The notes: generated from the sequence alone by a model not told the origin. Shown: positions 30,911 to 42,444, counted from the first letter of the stretch. The stretch: 64,000 nt of DNA from Gammaproteobacteria bacterium (GCA_965209035.1 OZ242372.1:128001-192000); one strand, 5' to 3'. Numbers and translations: made by a program.

Positions 30911-31765
30911 TTAATGTTGATTGCGTTTGGATTTGCGTTCAGGTTTGGGTTCGTATTTGTCTATATCATTAATATCCCAATGATTCTCCTTGAAAAACTG
31001 ATTACGCAGGTACAGACCGGCCAACAGATGCACCGACGGCACAGTGCCCACCGCTTTGATTATTCCCTTCGTCTCTTCGGTTGCCGATATATTCCTTTCA
31101 ACAAAAGCGTAGATCACTTCCGCAACTTGATAAAGATCGCCTTGCTCTTCTTGTTCCGGGTTGAGTTTTTTTAGATCCTTATTCCATTCTTCCCGATGCT
31201 CGTCCACATATTCCATCAGCCCGCTACTTTCCAGTATCGCTTCACCGATGTCGGTCATATTGAGAGGAGATGCTTTTTGAGAATATAAAGCGCGTTCTTC
31301 TTCAACCGAATCTCTCTTTGCCATGTTTCCCAAAACAGTAAGAATTTTTACGGTATCACGATGCATATCTTCTCTTAAATCTGTTTTAACTTCTTTTATC
31401 TCCCCTCTTAACTCTGTTTTAACTTCTTTTATTTCTGTTCTAACTTGTTTCATTTCTGTTTGGACTTCTTTTATTTTTGTTTGGACTTCTTTTATTTCTG
31501 CTTGGACTTCTTGTTGGCTCACTTCCAACCGCTTGATACCCTTATATATTGAAATGAACGCATATTCGCCAATTAAACCAATCACAAGTGATAACAAAAA
31601 TATCAAAAGTATCACAAACCAATTGTTTGCCGAAACTTGCCCGTATGTAATCGCCGTGTCGTAAACAGTCATCGTGGATAAAACGGAAAATACAATAAGC
31701 CCCAAGGCCGCCGTGAATTTCGCACGACCGCTTAATTTGAGATCTGTGCGTTTATTCATCGGCAA
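30911..31765 (-). CDS. 2-TM + heptad-repeat coiled-coil protein (284 aa)
   Basis: Near-identical paralog with its own IRL, TATCAT -10-like box and RBS. Confidence 0.85.
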   Translation of the reverse strand: MPMNKRTDLKLSGRAKFTAALGLIVFSVLSTMTVYDTAITYGQVSANNWFVILLIFLLSLVIGLIGEYAFISIYKGIKRLEVSQQEVQAEIKEVQTKIKEVQTEMKQVRTEIKEVKTELRGEIKEVKTDLREDMHRDTVKILTVLGNMAKRDSVEEERALYSQKASPLNMTDIGEAILESSGLMEYVDEHREEWNKDLKKLNPEQEEQGDLYQVAEVIYAFVERNISATEETKGIIKAVGTVPSVHLLAGLYLRNQFFKENHWDINDIDKYEPKPERKSKRNQH

Positions 31766-31958
31766 TCACTCCTCCTCAAATTCATAAAATAGTGTCCTCT
31801 ATCCTCCCGCATTTGTTATGATGTTCCCCTTTTTAATAAACTGCCTTGCCATAACAATATTTGACCACAAAATCTTTTAGAAATTTTATCATTATATCAT
31901 TCCAAACTCAGCGTCCGGAACCTTTCTGAGATTATGCATCTTATTTTCTTTTCTTTCT

Positions 31959-32834
31959 TTAATGTTGATTGCGTTTGGATTTGCGTTCAGGTTTGGGTTC
32001 GTATTTGTCTATATCATTAATATCCCAATGATTCTCCTTGAAAAACTGATTACGCAGGTACAGACCGGCCAACAGATGCACCGACTGCACAGTGCCCACC
32101 GCTTTGATTATTTTCTGCGTCTCTTCGGTTGCCGATATATTCTTTTCAACAAAAGCGTAGATCGCTTCCGCTATTTGATAAAGATCGCCTTGCTCTTCTT
32201 GTTCCGGGTTGAGTTTGCTTAGTTCCCTATTCCATTCTTCCCGATGTTCGTCCACATATTCCATCAGCCCGCTACTTTCCAGTATCGCTTCACCGATGTC
32301 GGTCATATTGAGAGGAGATGCTTTTTGAGAATATAAAGCGCGTTCTTCTTCAACCGAATCTCTCTTTGCCATGTTTCCCAAAACAGTAAGAATTTTTACG
32401 GTATCACGATGCATATCTTCTCTTAAATCTGTTTTAACTTCTTTTATCTCCCCTCTTAACTCTGTTTTAACTTCTTTTATTTCTGTTCTAACTTCTTTTA
32501 TTTCTGTTCTAACTTGTTTCATTTCTGTTTGGACTTCTTTTATTTTTGTTTGGACTTCTTTGATTTCTGTTTGGACTTCTTGTTGGCTCACTTCCAACCG
32601 CTTGATACCCTTATATATTGAAATGAACGCATATTCGCCAATGAAACCAATCACAAGTGATAACAAAAATATCAAAAGTATCACAAACCAATTGTTTGCC
32701 GAAACTTGCCCGTATGTAATCGCCGTGTCGTAAACAGTCATCGTGGATAAAACGGAAAATACAATAAGTCCCAAGGCCGCCGTGAATTTTGCACGACCGC
32801 TTAATTTGAGATCTGTGCGTTTATTCATCGGCAA
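31959..32834 (-). CDS. 2-TM + heptad-repeat coiled-coil protein (291 aa)
   Basis: Near-identical paralog, one heptad longer than the 284-aa copy. Confidence 0.85.
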   Translation of the reverse strand: MPMNKRTDLKLSGRAKFTAALGLIVFSVLSTMTVYDTAITYGQVSANNWFVILLIFLLSLVIGFIGEYAFISIYKGIKRLEVSQQEVQTEIKEVQTKIKEVQTEMKQVRTEIKEVRTEIKEVKTELRGEIKEVKTDLREDMHRDTVKILTVLGNMAKRDSVEEERALYSQKASPLNMTDIGEAILESSGLMEYVDEHREEWNRELSKLNPEQEEQGDLYQIAEAIYAFVEKNISATEETQKIIKAVGTVQSVHLLAGLYLRNQFFKENHWDINDIDKYEPKPERKSKRNQH

Positions 32835-33026
32835 TCACTCCTCCTCAAATTCATAAAATAGTGTCCTCTATCCTCCCGCATTTGTTATGATGTTCCCCTT
32901 TTTAATAAACTGCATTGCCATAACAATATTTACCGCAAAATCTTTTAGAAATTTTATCATTATATAATTCCAAACTCAGCGTCCGGAACCTTTCTGAGAT
33001 TATGCATCTTATTTTCTTTTCTTTCT

Positions 33027-33923
33027 TTAATGTTGATTGCGTTTGGATTTGCGTTCAGGTTTGGGTTCGTATTTGTCTATATCATTAATATCCCAATGAT
33101 TCTCCTTGAAAAACTGATTACGCAGGTACAGACCGGCCAACAGATGCACCGACTGCACAGTGCCCACCGCTTTGATTATTCCCTTCGTCTCTTCGGTTGC
33201 CGATATATTCCTTTCAACAAAAGCGTAGATCACTTCCGCAACTTGATAAAGATCGCCTTGCTCTTCTTGTTCCGAGTTAAGTTTTTTTAGATCCTTATTC
33301 CATTCTTCCCGATGCTCGTCCACATATTCCATCAGCCCGCTACTTTCCAGTATCGCTTCACCGATGTCGGTCATGTTGAGAGGAGATGCTTTTTGAGAAT
33401 ATAAAGCGCGTTCTTCTTCAACCGAATCTCTCTTTGCCATGTTTCCCAAAACAGTAAGAATTTTTACGGTATCACGATGCATATCTTCTCTTAAATCTGT
33501 TTTAACTTCTTTTATCTCCCCTCTTAACTCTGTTTTAACTTCTTTTATTTCTGTTCTAACTTCTTTTATTTCTGTTCTAACTTGTTTCATTTCTGTTTGG
33601 ACTTCTTTTATTTTTGTTTGGACTTCTTTGATTTCTGTTTGGACTTCTTTGATTTCTGTTTGGACTTCTTGTTGGCTCACTTCCAACCGCTTGATACCCT
33701 TATATATTGAAATGAACGCATATTCGCCAATGAAACCAATCACAAGTGATAACAAAAATATCAAAAGTATCACAAACCAATTGTTTGCCGAAACTTGCCC
33801 GTATGTAATCGCCGTGTCGTAAACAGTCATCGTGGATAAAACGGAAAATACAATAAGTCCCAAGGCCGCCGTGAATTTTGCACGACCGCTTAATTTGAGA
33901 TCTGTGCGTTTATTCATCGGCAA
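33027..33923 (-). CDS. 2-TM + heptad-repeat coiled-coil protein (298 aa)
   Basis: Near-identical paralog, two heptads longer than the 284-aa copy. Confidence 0.85.
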   Translation of the reverse strand: MPMNKRTDLKLSGRAKFTAALGLIVFSVLSTMTVYDTAITYGQVSANNWFVILLIFLLSLVIGFIGEYAFISIYKGIKRLEVSQQEVQTEIKEVQTEIKEVQTKIKEVQTEMKQVRTEIKEVRTEIKEVKTELRGEIKEVKTDLREDMHRDTVKILTVLGNMAKRDSVEEERALYSQKASPLNMTDIGEAILESSGLMEYVDEHREEWNKDLKKLNSEQEEQGDLYQVAEVIYAFVERNISATEETKGIIKAVGTVQSVHLLAGLYLRNQFFKENHWDINDIDKYEPKPERKSKRNQH

Positions 33924-34120
33924 TCACTCCTTCTCAAATTAATGTTTCTCTTTTTAATAAACTGCATTGCCATAATGATATCTTACCACAAAATCTTTTA
34001 GAAATTTTATCATTATATAATTTCAAACTCAGCGTCCGGAACCTTTCTGAGATCATGCACATCATGTATCGTCTCGCCCGGTTTTGGACTGTTGTATGTG
34101 TTCTTTCCGTCAATGATCCG

Positions 34121-34166
34121 GTCGCACATGGTCGCACATGGCCGCACATGGCCGCACATGGCCGCC
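34121..34166. repeat. 10-bp tandem repeat g(t/c)cgcacatg x4.5
   Basis: Seen directly, upstream of rpmB. Confidence 0.9.
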
Positions 34167-34382
34167 GTGCGTAACCCGGTCGTTTGCGATTAACACGGAT
34201 GAGCCGGCTGCCGCGTCTGCGATGGGGATCTTGAAGTCGGACGGATATTTCGGTTTTAGAAAAATTGGAAAAAAACAGCGGATAATGACATCAAAGCGGT
34301 CCCCGTTGCCTAAAATAAATGCAAATATGATTAATTTTTATTCGCACAACACTCAATTCAAAATTTAATTCAAACAAACGAT

Positions 34383-34721
34383 ATGACCAGAAGATGTGAA
34401 GTCACCGGTATGTTGCCTATGGCGGGGAACAATGTGTCTCATGCCAACAACAAGACCAAGCGGCGTTTCTTGCCTAACCTGCACAAACGCAGATTTTGGC
34501 ACCCGGGACGCAATCAATTTATACGCTTACGGGTTTCCGCGCGGGGTATCCGCATGATCGACAAGTATGGCTTGGAGGAAGTATTATCCGCGCTTGAGTC
34601 CGGCCGCAAGTTCAAGAAACCGAAAAACCCGGTGCCCGAAACGGGCGCAAACCAGGCGTCCGAATCCGGCACAAACCCGCCGACAGCCGAATCCTCATCG
34701 GAGGAATCAGTAAAAGAATAA
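34383..34721 (+). CDS. rpmB: 50S ribosomal protein L28 with a C-terminal extension
   Basis: [20 protein letters not shown]…[13 protein letters not shown]. Confidence 0.96.
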   Translation: MTRRCEVTGMLPMAGNNVSHANNKTKRRFLPNLHKRRFWHPGRNQFIRLRVSARGIRMIDKYGLEEVLSALESGRKFKKPKNPVPETGANQASESGTNPPTAESSSEESVKE

Positions 34722-34745
34722 TTAAAAAGCAATAAAAAAAGAATT

Positions 34746-34910
34746 ATGCGCGACAAAATCAAACTTGTATCCACAGCCAAGACCGGACATTTTTATGTGA
34801 CAGCCGTCAACAAAAAAAATGCCACGGGGAACAGAGAAAAACTGAGCCTCAAAAAATACGACCCTGTGGTGCGAAAACATGTAGTTTACAAAGAAGAGAA
34901 AATTAAATAG
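34746..34910 (+). CDS. rpmG: 50S ribosomal protein L33 (Cys-less type)
   Basis: Not in the ORF track. Translates as [54 protein letters not shown]. Confidence 0.96.
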   Translation: MRDKIKLVSTAKTGHFYVTAVNKKNATGNREKLSLKKYDPVVRKHVVYKEEKIK

Positions 34911-35160
34911 TCGGACATTCTTTGTCAACACAGATGATAAAAATAACGGCACACTTTTTTGTTGTCCGTTATTTTTTTTTACTTCGTTTCCAAACTCTTT
35001 TTTTCGCGGTTTTTTCCGCGTTTTTCCCCGCGGTTTTCCCCGCGTTTTTGAATGTATCCAAGGTACCCCTAACCCGCCCGCCCTTTCCTTTATCCGCAAC
35101 AAACCCGGGGCATAAAAGGTGTTGCGTTCGCCGGCACAGTCCTAGAAATAAAGGAAATAA

Positions 35161-36321
35161 ATGAAACAAAGACCGCCTGTCAAAAGTATGTCACCCAAAA
35201 GAGCGGTTCTCGGTTTGGCCGACGGCATGTCCCTGTTTGGCTATTCTTACGGAAAAACAAAACGCACCGCCGGCGAATTGGTATTCAATACTTCCATAAC
35301 CGGCTACCAAGAGATCATTACAGATCCTTCGTATATGGGGCAAATGATACTCTTCACTTATCCGCACATCGGCAATACCGGTACAAACGATGAGGATAAC
35401 GAATCTCTAAAAATTCATGCCGCCGGCGTCGTGATAAGAGATATTAGCCCGCTCGCTTCCAATTGGCGCGCCAAGGACACCTTAGATAGATTTCTTAAGA
35501 AAGGAAATTGCCCCGCCATTTACGGGCTGGATACGCGGATGCTAACCCGTCACCTGCGAGATCATGGTTGTCAAAATGCGGCGATTGTTCCTTTTGATCA
35601 AAAAACAGACGAGAGAGTCGCGGCAAGCCTGGCCGTCGCGAACGCGCGCAAGCATCCGGCCATAGAATCCAAAAACCTGGCGGAACTTGCCGCAGGCGGC
35701 GGCAAGGCGTTCATTCAAAAAAGATCTTCCGCCAAAGGCAAACGGGGACCGATTGTCCTGACATACGATTGCGGCATCAAGCACAACATTATTCGTAACC
35801 TGGAAAAACGTAATTGCCGGGTTGTTTTGGCAACCCCGGACGAATCGGCATCCGCACTCCTACAAAAACACAAACCAAACGGAATTCTAATCTCCAACGG
35901 ACCCGGTGACCCGGCCGCATGCCAAAAAATCATAAACGATATTCAGTTTTTTCTGCAACAGCGTATCCCGCTGTTTGGTATTTGTCTGGGACATCAATTG
36001 CTCGGGTTGGCAGCCGGCATGCACACTGTCAAGTTAAAGTTCGGACATCATGGGGCAAATCATCCGGTGCTGGATCATACCGACGGGATGATTCTTATTA
36101 GCAGTCAAAATCACAACTTTGCACTCGGCGAAACGGATCTCCCCAAGAACATACGCATCAGCCATCGCTCGCTGTTTGACAATACCATTCAAGGAATTGA
36201 GTTAACCGATTGCCCGGCATTTGCCTTTCAAGGGCATCCGGAAGCATCACCGGGACCGCACGAAGGCGAATATTTGTTTGACAAGTTCCTGCAAATGATC
36301 CAAAAACATGCCCGCGCGTAA
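35161..36321 (+). CDS. carA: Carbamoyl-phosphate synthase small subunit
   Basis: [34 protein letters not shown]. Confidence 0.97.
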   Translation: MKQRPPVKSMSPKRAVLGLADGMSLFGYSYGKTKRTAGELVFNTSITGYQEIITDPSYMGQMILFTYPHIGNTGTNDEDNESLKIHAAGVVIRDISPLASNWRAKDTLDRFLKKGNCPAIYGLDTRMLTRHLRDHGCQNAAIVPFDQKTDERVAASLAVANARKHPAIESKNLAELAAGGGKAFIQKRSSAKGKRGPIVLTYDCGIKHNIIRNLEKRNCRVVLATPDESASALLQKHKPNGILISNGPGDPAACQKIINDIQFFLQQRIPLFGICLGHQLLGLAAGMHTVKLKFGHHGANHPVLDHTDGMILISSQNHNFALGETDLPKNIRISHRSLFDNTIQGIELTDCPAFAFQGHPEASPGPHEGEYLFDKFLQMIQKHARA

Positions 36322-39300
36322 GGATCTGAAGAAAATTTTGTTAATCGGCTCGGGGCCGATTATCATTGGTCAGGCCTGTGAGTTTGACTATTCGGGCGTT
36401 CAAGCGTGTCGTGCCCTGCGCGAGGAAGGATGTGAAGTCATTCTTGTTAACTCAAATCCCGCCACGATCATGACAGACCCGCAAGTGGCGGACAAAACTT
36501 ACCTTGAACCATTGGTGCCGGCAACACTGCAAAAAATCATTAAACGGGAAAAGCCGGATGCCGTCTTACCCACCATGGGCGGCCAAACGGCACTCAATCT
36601 CACCATGCAACTGGAAGAGTTTCTCAAAAAGCAACGGGTGGAAATCATCGGCGCTTCCATGAAAACGATCAATAAAGCCGAGAACCGCGAAGAATTTACC
36701 AAAGCCATGCATCACATCGGCCTCAAAACACCCAAAGCATTAATTGCCAAAAACATTCAAGAAGCATTGGAAGCCTGCGAGGAACTGGGTTTTCCGATCA
36801 TCATCCGCCCCTCCTTCACACTGGGCGGCAGCGGCGGCGGAATTGCTTACAACAGAGAAGAATTTCTGCAAATCTGCCACAGCGGTTTTCAACTCTCGCC
36901 GGTGCATAGCATTCAACTGGACAAATCTCTCATCGGCTGGAAAGAATATGAACTGGAAGTTGTCCGCGATCGCAAGGATAACTGCATTATCGTCTGCTCC
37001 ATTGAAAACCTGGACCCGATGGGAATTCATACGGGCGACTCTGTCACGGTGGCGCCGGTTCAAACTCTGACCGACAAAGAATACCAAAAAATGCGAACAT
37101 CGGCTATCCGTGTCCTGCGCGAAGTCGGTGTGGAAACCGGCGGTGCAAATGTGCAGTTTGCCGTTTGCCCGACAACCGGCGAGCAGTTAGTTGTGGAAAT
37201 GAACCCGCGCGTATCCCGCTCCTCGGCATTGGCATCCAAAGCCACCGGGTTTCCCATAGCGCGCGTGGCGGCAAAACTTGCCATCGGCTATACTCTGGAC
37301 GAACTTTGCAATGAAATTACCGGCAATGCCATACCCTCTTCGTTTGAGCCCACCATAGACTATGTGGTAACCAAAATCCCGCGCTTTGATTTCAGGAAGT
37401 TTGAACTTGCCGACAGCAGGCTCACCACGCAAATGAAATCGGTCGGCGAAGTCATGGCAATTGGCCGCAACTTTAATGAATCCCTGCAAAAAGCACTGGC
37501 GGGATTGGAAAACGGTTTTTCCGGTCTTAACCCAATTTGCCCCGCGGAAAATCCTAACGAAATTAGCGAAATTAGCAAAATTTTGGAACGCGAACTCAAG
37601 TCCCCCCGCCCGGAACGTCTCTTTTATATTGCCGATGCCCTTCGGTATCATTGGACCTGCGAAAAAATTCATCGCCTAACCGGCATAGACCCTTGGTTTA
37701 TCGCGCACCTGCAAAAACTTGTCCGAATGGAAAACGATTTGGCAAACAAAAAAATCGGGAATCTCGATATGGAGGAACTGCGCTCTTACAAACGCGAAGG
37801 TTTCACAGACATACGACTAGCGGAACTCCTGGGCGGCGACGAACACCGGATGCGCGCCGCCCGGCACAAGTTTGGACTGCATCCCGTTTACAAACGGGTC
37901 GATTCCTGTGCGGCCGAGTTTCCCGCGGCGAGTGCTTATCTGTATTCAACCTATGATACCGAGTGTGAAGCAACCCCATCCGACAAACAAAAGATTGTGG
38001 TACTTGGCAGCGGTCCGAACCGCATCGGACAAGGAATAGAGTTTGATTATTGTTGTGTTCATGTCACCCAAGAAATTCGGAATATGGGTTTTGAAGCGAT
38101 TATGATTAATTGCAATCCCGAAACAGTTTCCACAGACTACGACATTTCGGATAAGTTGTATTTTGAACCGCTGACTTTGGAACACACATTGGAAGTCATT
38201 CGGCGGGAAAATCCCTGCGGCACTCTGGTGCAATACGGAGGGCAAACACCGCTGAAACTGGCAATGCCCTTAACAAAAGAAGGGGTTAGTCTGCTCGGCA
38301 CTTCGGCACAGGTCATTGACAAGGCGGAAGATCGGGAAGAGTTCCGGCACATCATTGAGCAACTGAAACTCAAGCAAGCAAAAAACGCCACCTTCACGAG
38401 TGCCGAGAAGGCCGGCAAGTATGCGGATAAAACGGGTTACCCGTTAATTGTTCGTCCCTCTTATGTTCTCGGCGGGCAAGCAATGCGGGTGGTGTTTAAC
38501 AACAAAGAACTTGCGGAATACTTTACCGAAGCCGTGCGCGTATCCGGTAAAAACCCCGTTCTGCTGGACACTTTTTTGGACAGAGCCACGGAGGTGGATG
38601 TGGATGCCGTCAGTGACGGGAAAGATACTTTTATTGGCGGGATCATGCAGCATATTGAAGAGGCGGGAGTGCACTCGGGGGATTCTTCGGCATGCATACC
38701 GCCGCATTCTCTGCTGCCGGGGCAGGTCCGAGAAATTGCCCGTCAAACCCGCTTACTCGCCAAAACGCTCGGGGTCTGCGGGCTTCTCAACATTCAGTTT
38801 GCAATTCAAGACAAAAACATTTATGTTTTGGAAATCAATCCGCGCGCATCCCGCACCACGCCGTTTATTTCAAAAGTGATCGGGCTTTCATTGCCGAGAC
38901 TGGCTGTCAAGATTGCCCTGGGCGCAACCCTAAAAGATTTGCTGGGAGACCGCCTCAACGCGATATCGCCTCCTCATTCTTACTATGCGGTCAAAGAATC
39001 CGTCTTTCCGTTCAATAAGTTTCCCGGCACGGATCCCATTTTGGGGCCGGAAATGAAATCCACCGGCGAGGTCATGGGCATTGGCACCACCTTTGCCGAG
39101 GCCTATTACAAGGCATCGCTTGCCGCCGGCATGAACATAGAATCGCTGCACAAACACAAAAGCCCCAAAGTATTTATCAGTGTGCGCGACAAAGACAAGA
39201 CGGCGGCTGTCGCCCTGGCGCGTCGTCTTCTAAAACTCGGTTTTGAACTGATTGTCACCAGCGGGACGGGGCAAGTGATGCAACAGCACAAGGTTGCGCA

Positions 39301-39556
39301 TCGCCTCATCAACAAAGTTTACGAAGGAAGTCCGCACATAGTGGACATGATCAAAAACAAGGAAATTCATTTCATTGTCAATACTTGCGAAGGAAGGCAG
39401 TCCGTTGCCGATTCGGCAAGTATCCGCACCCAAGCATTACAACACAACCTTTGCTATACAACGACCATCGGCGGCGGTGATTCTCTTGTCGCCGCCCTGG
39501 AACATCAAAAAACCGATACGCTGCTCTCTCTGCAAGAAATCCTCGCCAACTCCTAA
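36308..39556 (+). CDS. carB: Carbamoyl-phosphate synthase large subunit
   Basis: [40 protein letters not shown]. Confidence 0.98.
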   Translation: MPARKDLKKILLIGSGPIIIGQACEFDYSGVQACRALREEGCEVILVNSNPATIMTDPQVADKTYLEPLVPATLQKIIKREKPDAVLPTMGGQTALNLTMQLEEFLKKQRVEIIGASMKTINKAENREEFTKAMHHIGLKTPKALIAKNIQEALEACEELGFPIIIRPSFTLGGSGGGIAYNREEFLQICHSGFQLSPVHSIQLDKSLIGWKEYELEVVRDRKDNCIIVCSIENLDPMGIHTGDSVTVAPVQTLTDKEYQKMRTSAIRVLREVGVETGGANVQFAVCPTTGEQLVVEMNPRVSRSSALASKATGFPIARVAAKLAIGYTLDELCNEITGNAIPSSFEPTIDYVVTKIPRFDFRKFELADSRLTTQMKSVGEVMAIGRNFNESLQKALAGLENGFSGLNPICPAENPNEISEISKILERELKSPRPERLFYIADALRYHWTCEKIHRLTGIDPWFIAHLQKLVRMENDLANKKIGNLDMEELRSYKREGFTDIRLAELLGGDEHRMRAARHKFGLHPVYKRVDSCAAEFPAASAYLYSTYDTECEATPSDKQKIVVLGSGPNRIGQGIEFDYCCVHVTQEIRNMGFEAIMINCNPETVSTDYDISDKLYFEPLTLEHTLEVIRRENPCGTLVQYGGQTPLKLAMPLTKEGVSLLGTSAQVIDKAEDREEFRHIIEQLKLKQAKNATFTSAEKAGKYADKTGYPLIVRPSYVLGGQAMRVVFNNKELAEYFTEAVRVSGKNPVLLDTFLDRATEVDVDAVSDGKDTFIGGIMQHIEEAGVHSGDSSACIPPHSLLPGQVREIARQTRLLAKTLGVCGLLNIQFAIQDKNIYVLEINPRASRTTPFISKVIGLSLPRLAVKIALGATLKDLLGDRLNAISPPHSYYAVKESVFPFNKFPGTDPILGPEMKSTGEVMGIGTTFAEAYYKASLAAGMNIESLHKHKSPKVFISVRDKDKTAAVALARRLLKLGFELIVTSGTGQVMQQHKVAHRLINKVYEGSPHIVDMIKNKEIHFIVNTCEGRQSVADSASIRTQALQHNLCYTTTIGGGDSLVAALEHQKTDTLLSLQEILANS

Positions 39557-39558
39557 TC

Positions 39559-39834
39559 TGTCCCATCCCACCCGGTCTTGGACTCTGCGTGTTTGTCCGC
39601 ACCGGGCCTCCGAACACCCGAACACCCGAACACCCGAATAAAAAACCGACACGCTGCCTGACACGCTGCCCTCTCTGCAAGAAATTCTTGCCAAAAACTA
39701 ATCTGTCTCATCCCACCCGGTCTTGAACTCTGCCTGTTTGTCCGCACCGGGCCTCCGAACACCCGAACACCCGAATAAAAAAACCGACACACTGCCCTCT
39801 CTGCAAGAAATCCTCGCCAAAAACTAATCTGTCC
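39559..39834. repeat. Two tandem 'X' units (IS481-type right-end motif + ccgaacac repeats + copy of the carB 3' end)
   Basis: Units start TGTC(c/t)CATCCCACCCGG at 39559 and 39704; each ends with aaaaaaccgacacgctg…ctctctgcaagaaat…ctaatc, matching 39507-39558. Confidence 0.9.
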
Positions 39835-40176
39835 TTAAAGAAAGAAAAAGAAAGAAAGATAAGAGTTTCGGTTTTTATGCTTTTATGCTTTTTGTGGTTT
39901 TAATGGCTTCTTATCACTGACTCCCGCTGCTTCCTTTAAAGCACCGGATTGATAAGAGATGGATCAAGGCTTGATGTTGTAGAAAAATTGCGGCTTATTA
40001 AAGATGGACTCTTTGCCGCACACGCATCTCCGTTTCACAGAAGATTCACAGACACTTCGTCTTTATTTCACAGCCACTGCATCGCCGCCAAAATGATCTG
40101 TTTGGCTCGCCGAAGCGGCCAAACGAACTCTCGGTCTGCTTCTTGCTCTCGTTTCTACTTGCCCGCTGCTGACAGT

Positions 40177-42345
40177 CTACTGCCGTTGCTGCTGCTCTTC
40201 TACGCTGACAGGAAGACAGTTCAAAACGGGGTATTGGTTGGCATCGCCCAGATCCCAGAGACGCTCGAAGGAGCCGCCGGGGTCCGTCCTATTTTCTTGT
40301 ATCTCGAGACTATCCGGATCACACCAGAAGTTGCCCCAATCGGCATAGATGCCGGTGAAAGTGGTCGGGTTTTGCAACTGTGCAGTTGCCAGAGGTGTGC
40401 CGTCGACCGTGAATCCGCTAATGCCCAATTGTCCGGTAGTCTGATTGTCCCAATAAGAGTCCGTGACCATTATGTTACTAGGGTTGCCAACAAGTCCACC
40501 GGTTACAGGCGCATCAGGACTAATATGACCGACAATGGGGCCGTTGGCCACATAAGAATAAGAGACTTTTGTCCGATGTCCTACACCAACCAAACCACCA
40601 GTAGAGATTCCACCGGAAACACTGCCACCGACTATATAAACATGACGAAGTTCTGCATCCGTGGCACTACCCACAGCACCACCGACCGCACTATCGGACA
40701 AAAGAGTAACACCGGACACGGACACAGCATAAATATTATTATCTCTCCCAAGACCGACTAGACCACCAACCGTAATAAAACCTCTAATAGTAACATCGGA
40801 CACGGACACACCACGAATATTAACGCTTACTAATGATGAATCGACATCATCGCCATCACCAATCAGACCACCCACAGCACGCGCTGACGGACTCATGATC
40901 ATTCCCCCGGCGATTGTCAGATCTGCAAAGAGGCCAGCAAATGCCTTGCCTACCAGCAGCCCCACATCATTGGCACCGCCACGGACATTCACATCTCGGA
41001 GATGCAGATTTTGGATAGTGCCCTTTCCACTTAAGGCACCAAACAAGCCGACACCGTTGGCACTATTACTCGCAGCAATAAACAGATCCGCAATCGCATA
41101 ACCCCGACCGTCAAACATTGCCGTATAAGAGGTGCAAACATCATTGGCAGTACAGGAGCCAATCGGCACCCAGCCGCTGCCCTCGCGATCCGTCCAAGTA
41201 GATTGCTTGTCGCTGTTCTCTTCATAAGATGCCTCTTGACTAAAGTTCAACGAGCGGGCCAGTTCATAACCCAAGCAGCCGCCGTCGGGACAGCCCGCAG
41301 AACCCACAGGAGTAATTCCCGGAAACACATTGTCATCCTCCCCATCGCCATCCAGATCATCGCGCAGTAGAGCTAATTGATCCAAAGTGCGAATCTCTAT
41401 TAAGCCGTTATTGTCATCATCCATATCTTCCGTCAAAGGCGATGTCGTGCAACCCGGCACCAAACTATCCGGCTTGTCGTCATTATCTGTGTCGGTACTC
41501 GCGCAGGCATCGGTCTCGAATGCATCCGTTGCATCCGGAACACCATCATTATCATCGTCCAAATCTGCCGTCAAGTCTGTATCACAGCCGGCAACCAAAG
41601 TATCCGGGATGCCATCTTCGTCCGTATCGGTGCCGGCACAGGCATCCGCTCGGAATGCATCCGTTGCATCCAAAACTCCGTCTCCGTCAATGTCTCCATC
41701 GGGGTTAATTCGCGCAGATCCGGTCCTCGCCGGGCCGGGCGGCGAAAAAGATGCCGAGCGGCTATTTTCATAGATCACCATAATCGTCAGTGTGTAGTTG
41801 GCATTGTCCGTCAGATCCTCAATCGTGACGATCACGCGCGCCTCTGCCGAGACATTGACATCCGCAGCCGTGAATACCTGCGCGTCGCCGTCGTTCGGAT
41901 CTGCCGTATTTTCCCAGAAAACATTAAATCTGTTAATATCCGGTTGATTCGGATTCTTCCAAGCGACCACAATACTCGTATCCGTATTCCCCGCCACAAA
42001 CTCAACTGTGGAAACGGGTGCGGGGCCGCCACCACCTGAACCGCCGCCACCGCCGCCACCACCACCGCCACAGCCGACAAGAAGCAAAGCAAAGCCCAAC
42101 ATACCCGTCAGCAGAGCGGTGCCTAATGAACAAGACGAACGGGATGAACGAAATGACCGTTTCAGCCGCAAGGAAGCATTCGCTGCCGGAGTGGGCGGCC
42201 ATGCAAGCCGACCGGCAACCCAGCCGCCAAACGACATCATAGTATTGAAAATATCATTAAAGCCCTGTGCGCATGCCGGGCGGGACAGTCGGACGGATGT
42301 TTCTCTCACCGACCGAACTGATAAAAGGTTTAACTTATTGAGCAT
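40177..42345 (-). CDS. Surface lipoprotein/adhesin: FN3-like + TSP3-like Asp-rich repeats + GLUG-motif domain
   Basis: Lipobox LLVGC then poly-Gly; FN3-like W…Y pattern; DxDxDGxxD repeats; VGGLVG repeats. True start probably downstream of 42345. Confidence 0.8.
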   Translation of the reverse strand: MLNKLNLLSVRSVRETSVRLSRPACAQGFNDIFNTMMSFGGWVAGRLAWPPTPAANASLRLKRSFRSSRSSCSLGTALLTGMLGFALLLVGCGGGGGGGGGGSGGGGPAPVSTVEFVAGNTDTSIVVAWKNPNQPDINRFNVFWENTADPNDGDAQVFTAADVNVSAEARVIVTIEDLTDNANYTLTIMVIYENSRSASFSPPGPARTGSARINPDGDIDGDGVLDATDAFRADACAGTDTDEDGIPDTLVAGCDTDLTADLDDDNDGVPDATDAFETDACASTDTDNDDKPDSLVPGCTTSPLTEDMDDDNNGLIEIRTLDQLALLRDDLDGDGEDDNVFPGITPVGSAGCPDGGCLGYELARSLNFSQEASYEENSDKQSTWTDREGSGWVPIGSCTANDVCTSYTAMFDGRGYAIADLFIAASNSANGVGLFGALSGKGTIQNLHLRDVNVRGGANDVGLLVGKAFAGLFADLTIAGGMIMSPSARAVGGLIGDGDDVDSSLVSVNIRGVSVSDVTIRGFITVGGLVGLGRDNNIYAVSVSGVTLLSDSAVGGAVGSATDAELRHVYIVGGSVSGGISTGGLVGVGHRTKVSYSYVANGPIVGHISPDAPVTGGLVGNPSNIMVTDSYWDNQTTGQLGISGFTVDGTPLATAQLQNPTTFTGIYADWGNFWCDPDSLEIQENRTDPGGSFERLWDLGDANQYPVLNCLPVSVEEQQQRQ

Positions 42346-42444
42346 TTTTTAATATGGTTACGAATTAATTTTTATAAAAATTTTGTAGACTTTCATTATA
42401 ACTTAACTTTCAAAATAATCATCATGCAAATCATTATGCAATGT

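Larger units (their letters stand above)
29759..34059 (-). mobile_element. Non-autonomous IS481-derived cargo element, (IRL-gene)x4-IRR
   Basis: IRR plus ~120 bp of transposase 3' end at 29759-29882; ~37-bp IRL copies starting (minus strand) at 34059, 33006, 31938, 30890; all match the ends of the IS at 13644-14947. Confidence 0.85.

Noticed and set aside
29915-33923. Diversity-generating retroelement or integron cassette array
   Set aside because: No reverse transcriptase or integron integrase in the window; differences are not adenine-restricted; the spacer motif is an IS481 left end, not an attC palindrome.
34722-35169. ORFs of 126, 80 and 66 aa around rpmG
   Set aside because: Antisense to rpmG or produced by low-complexity repeats; rpmG (34746-34910) is the real gene.
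39949-40761. 270-aa plus-strand ORF (and similar long ORFs at 53841, 58849, 60247, 61231)
   Set aside because: Antisense shadows of repeat-rich adhesin genes, with no recognisable motifs.
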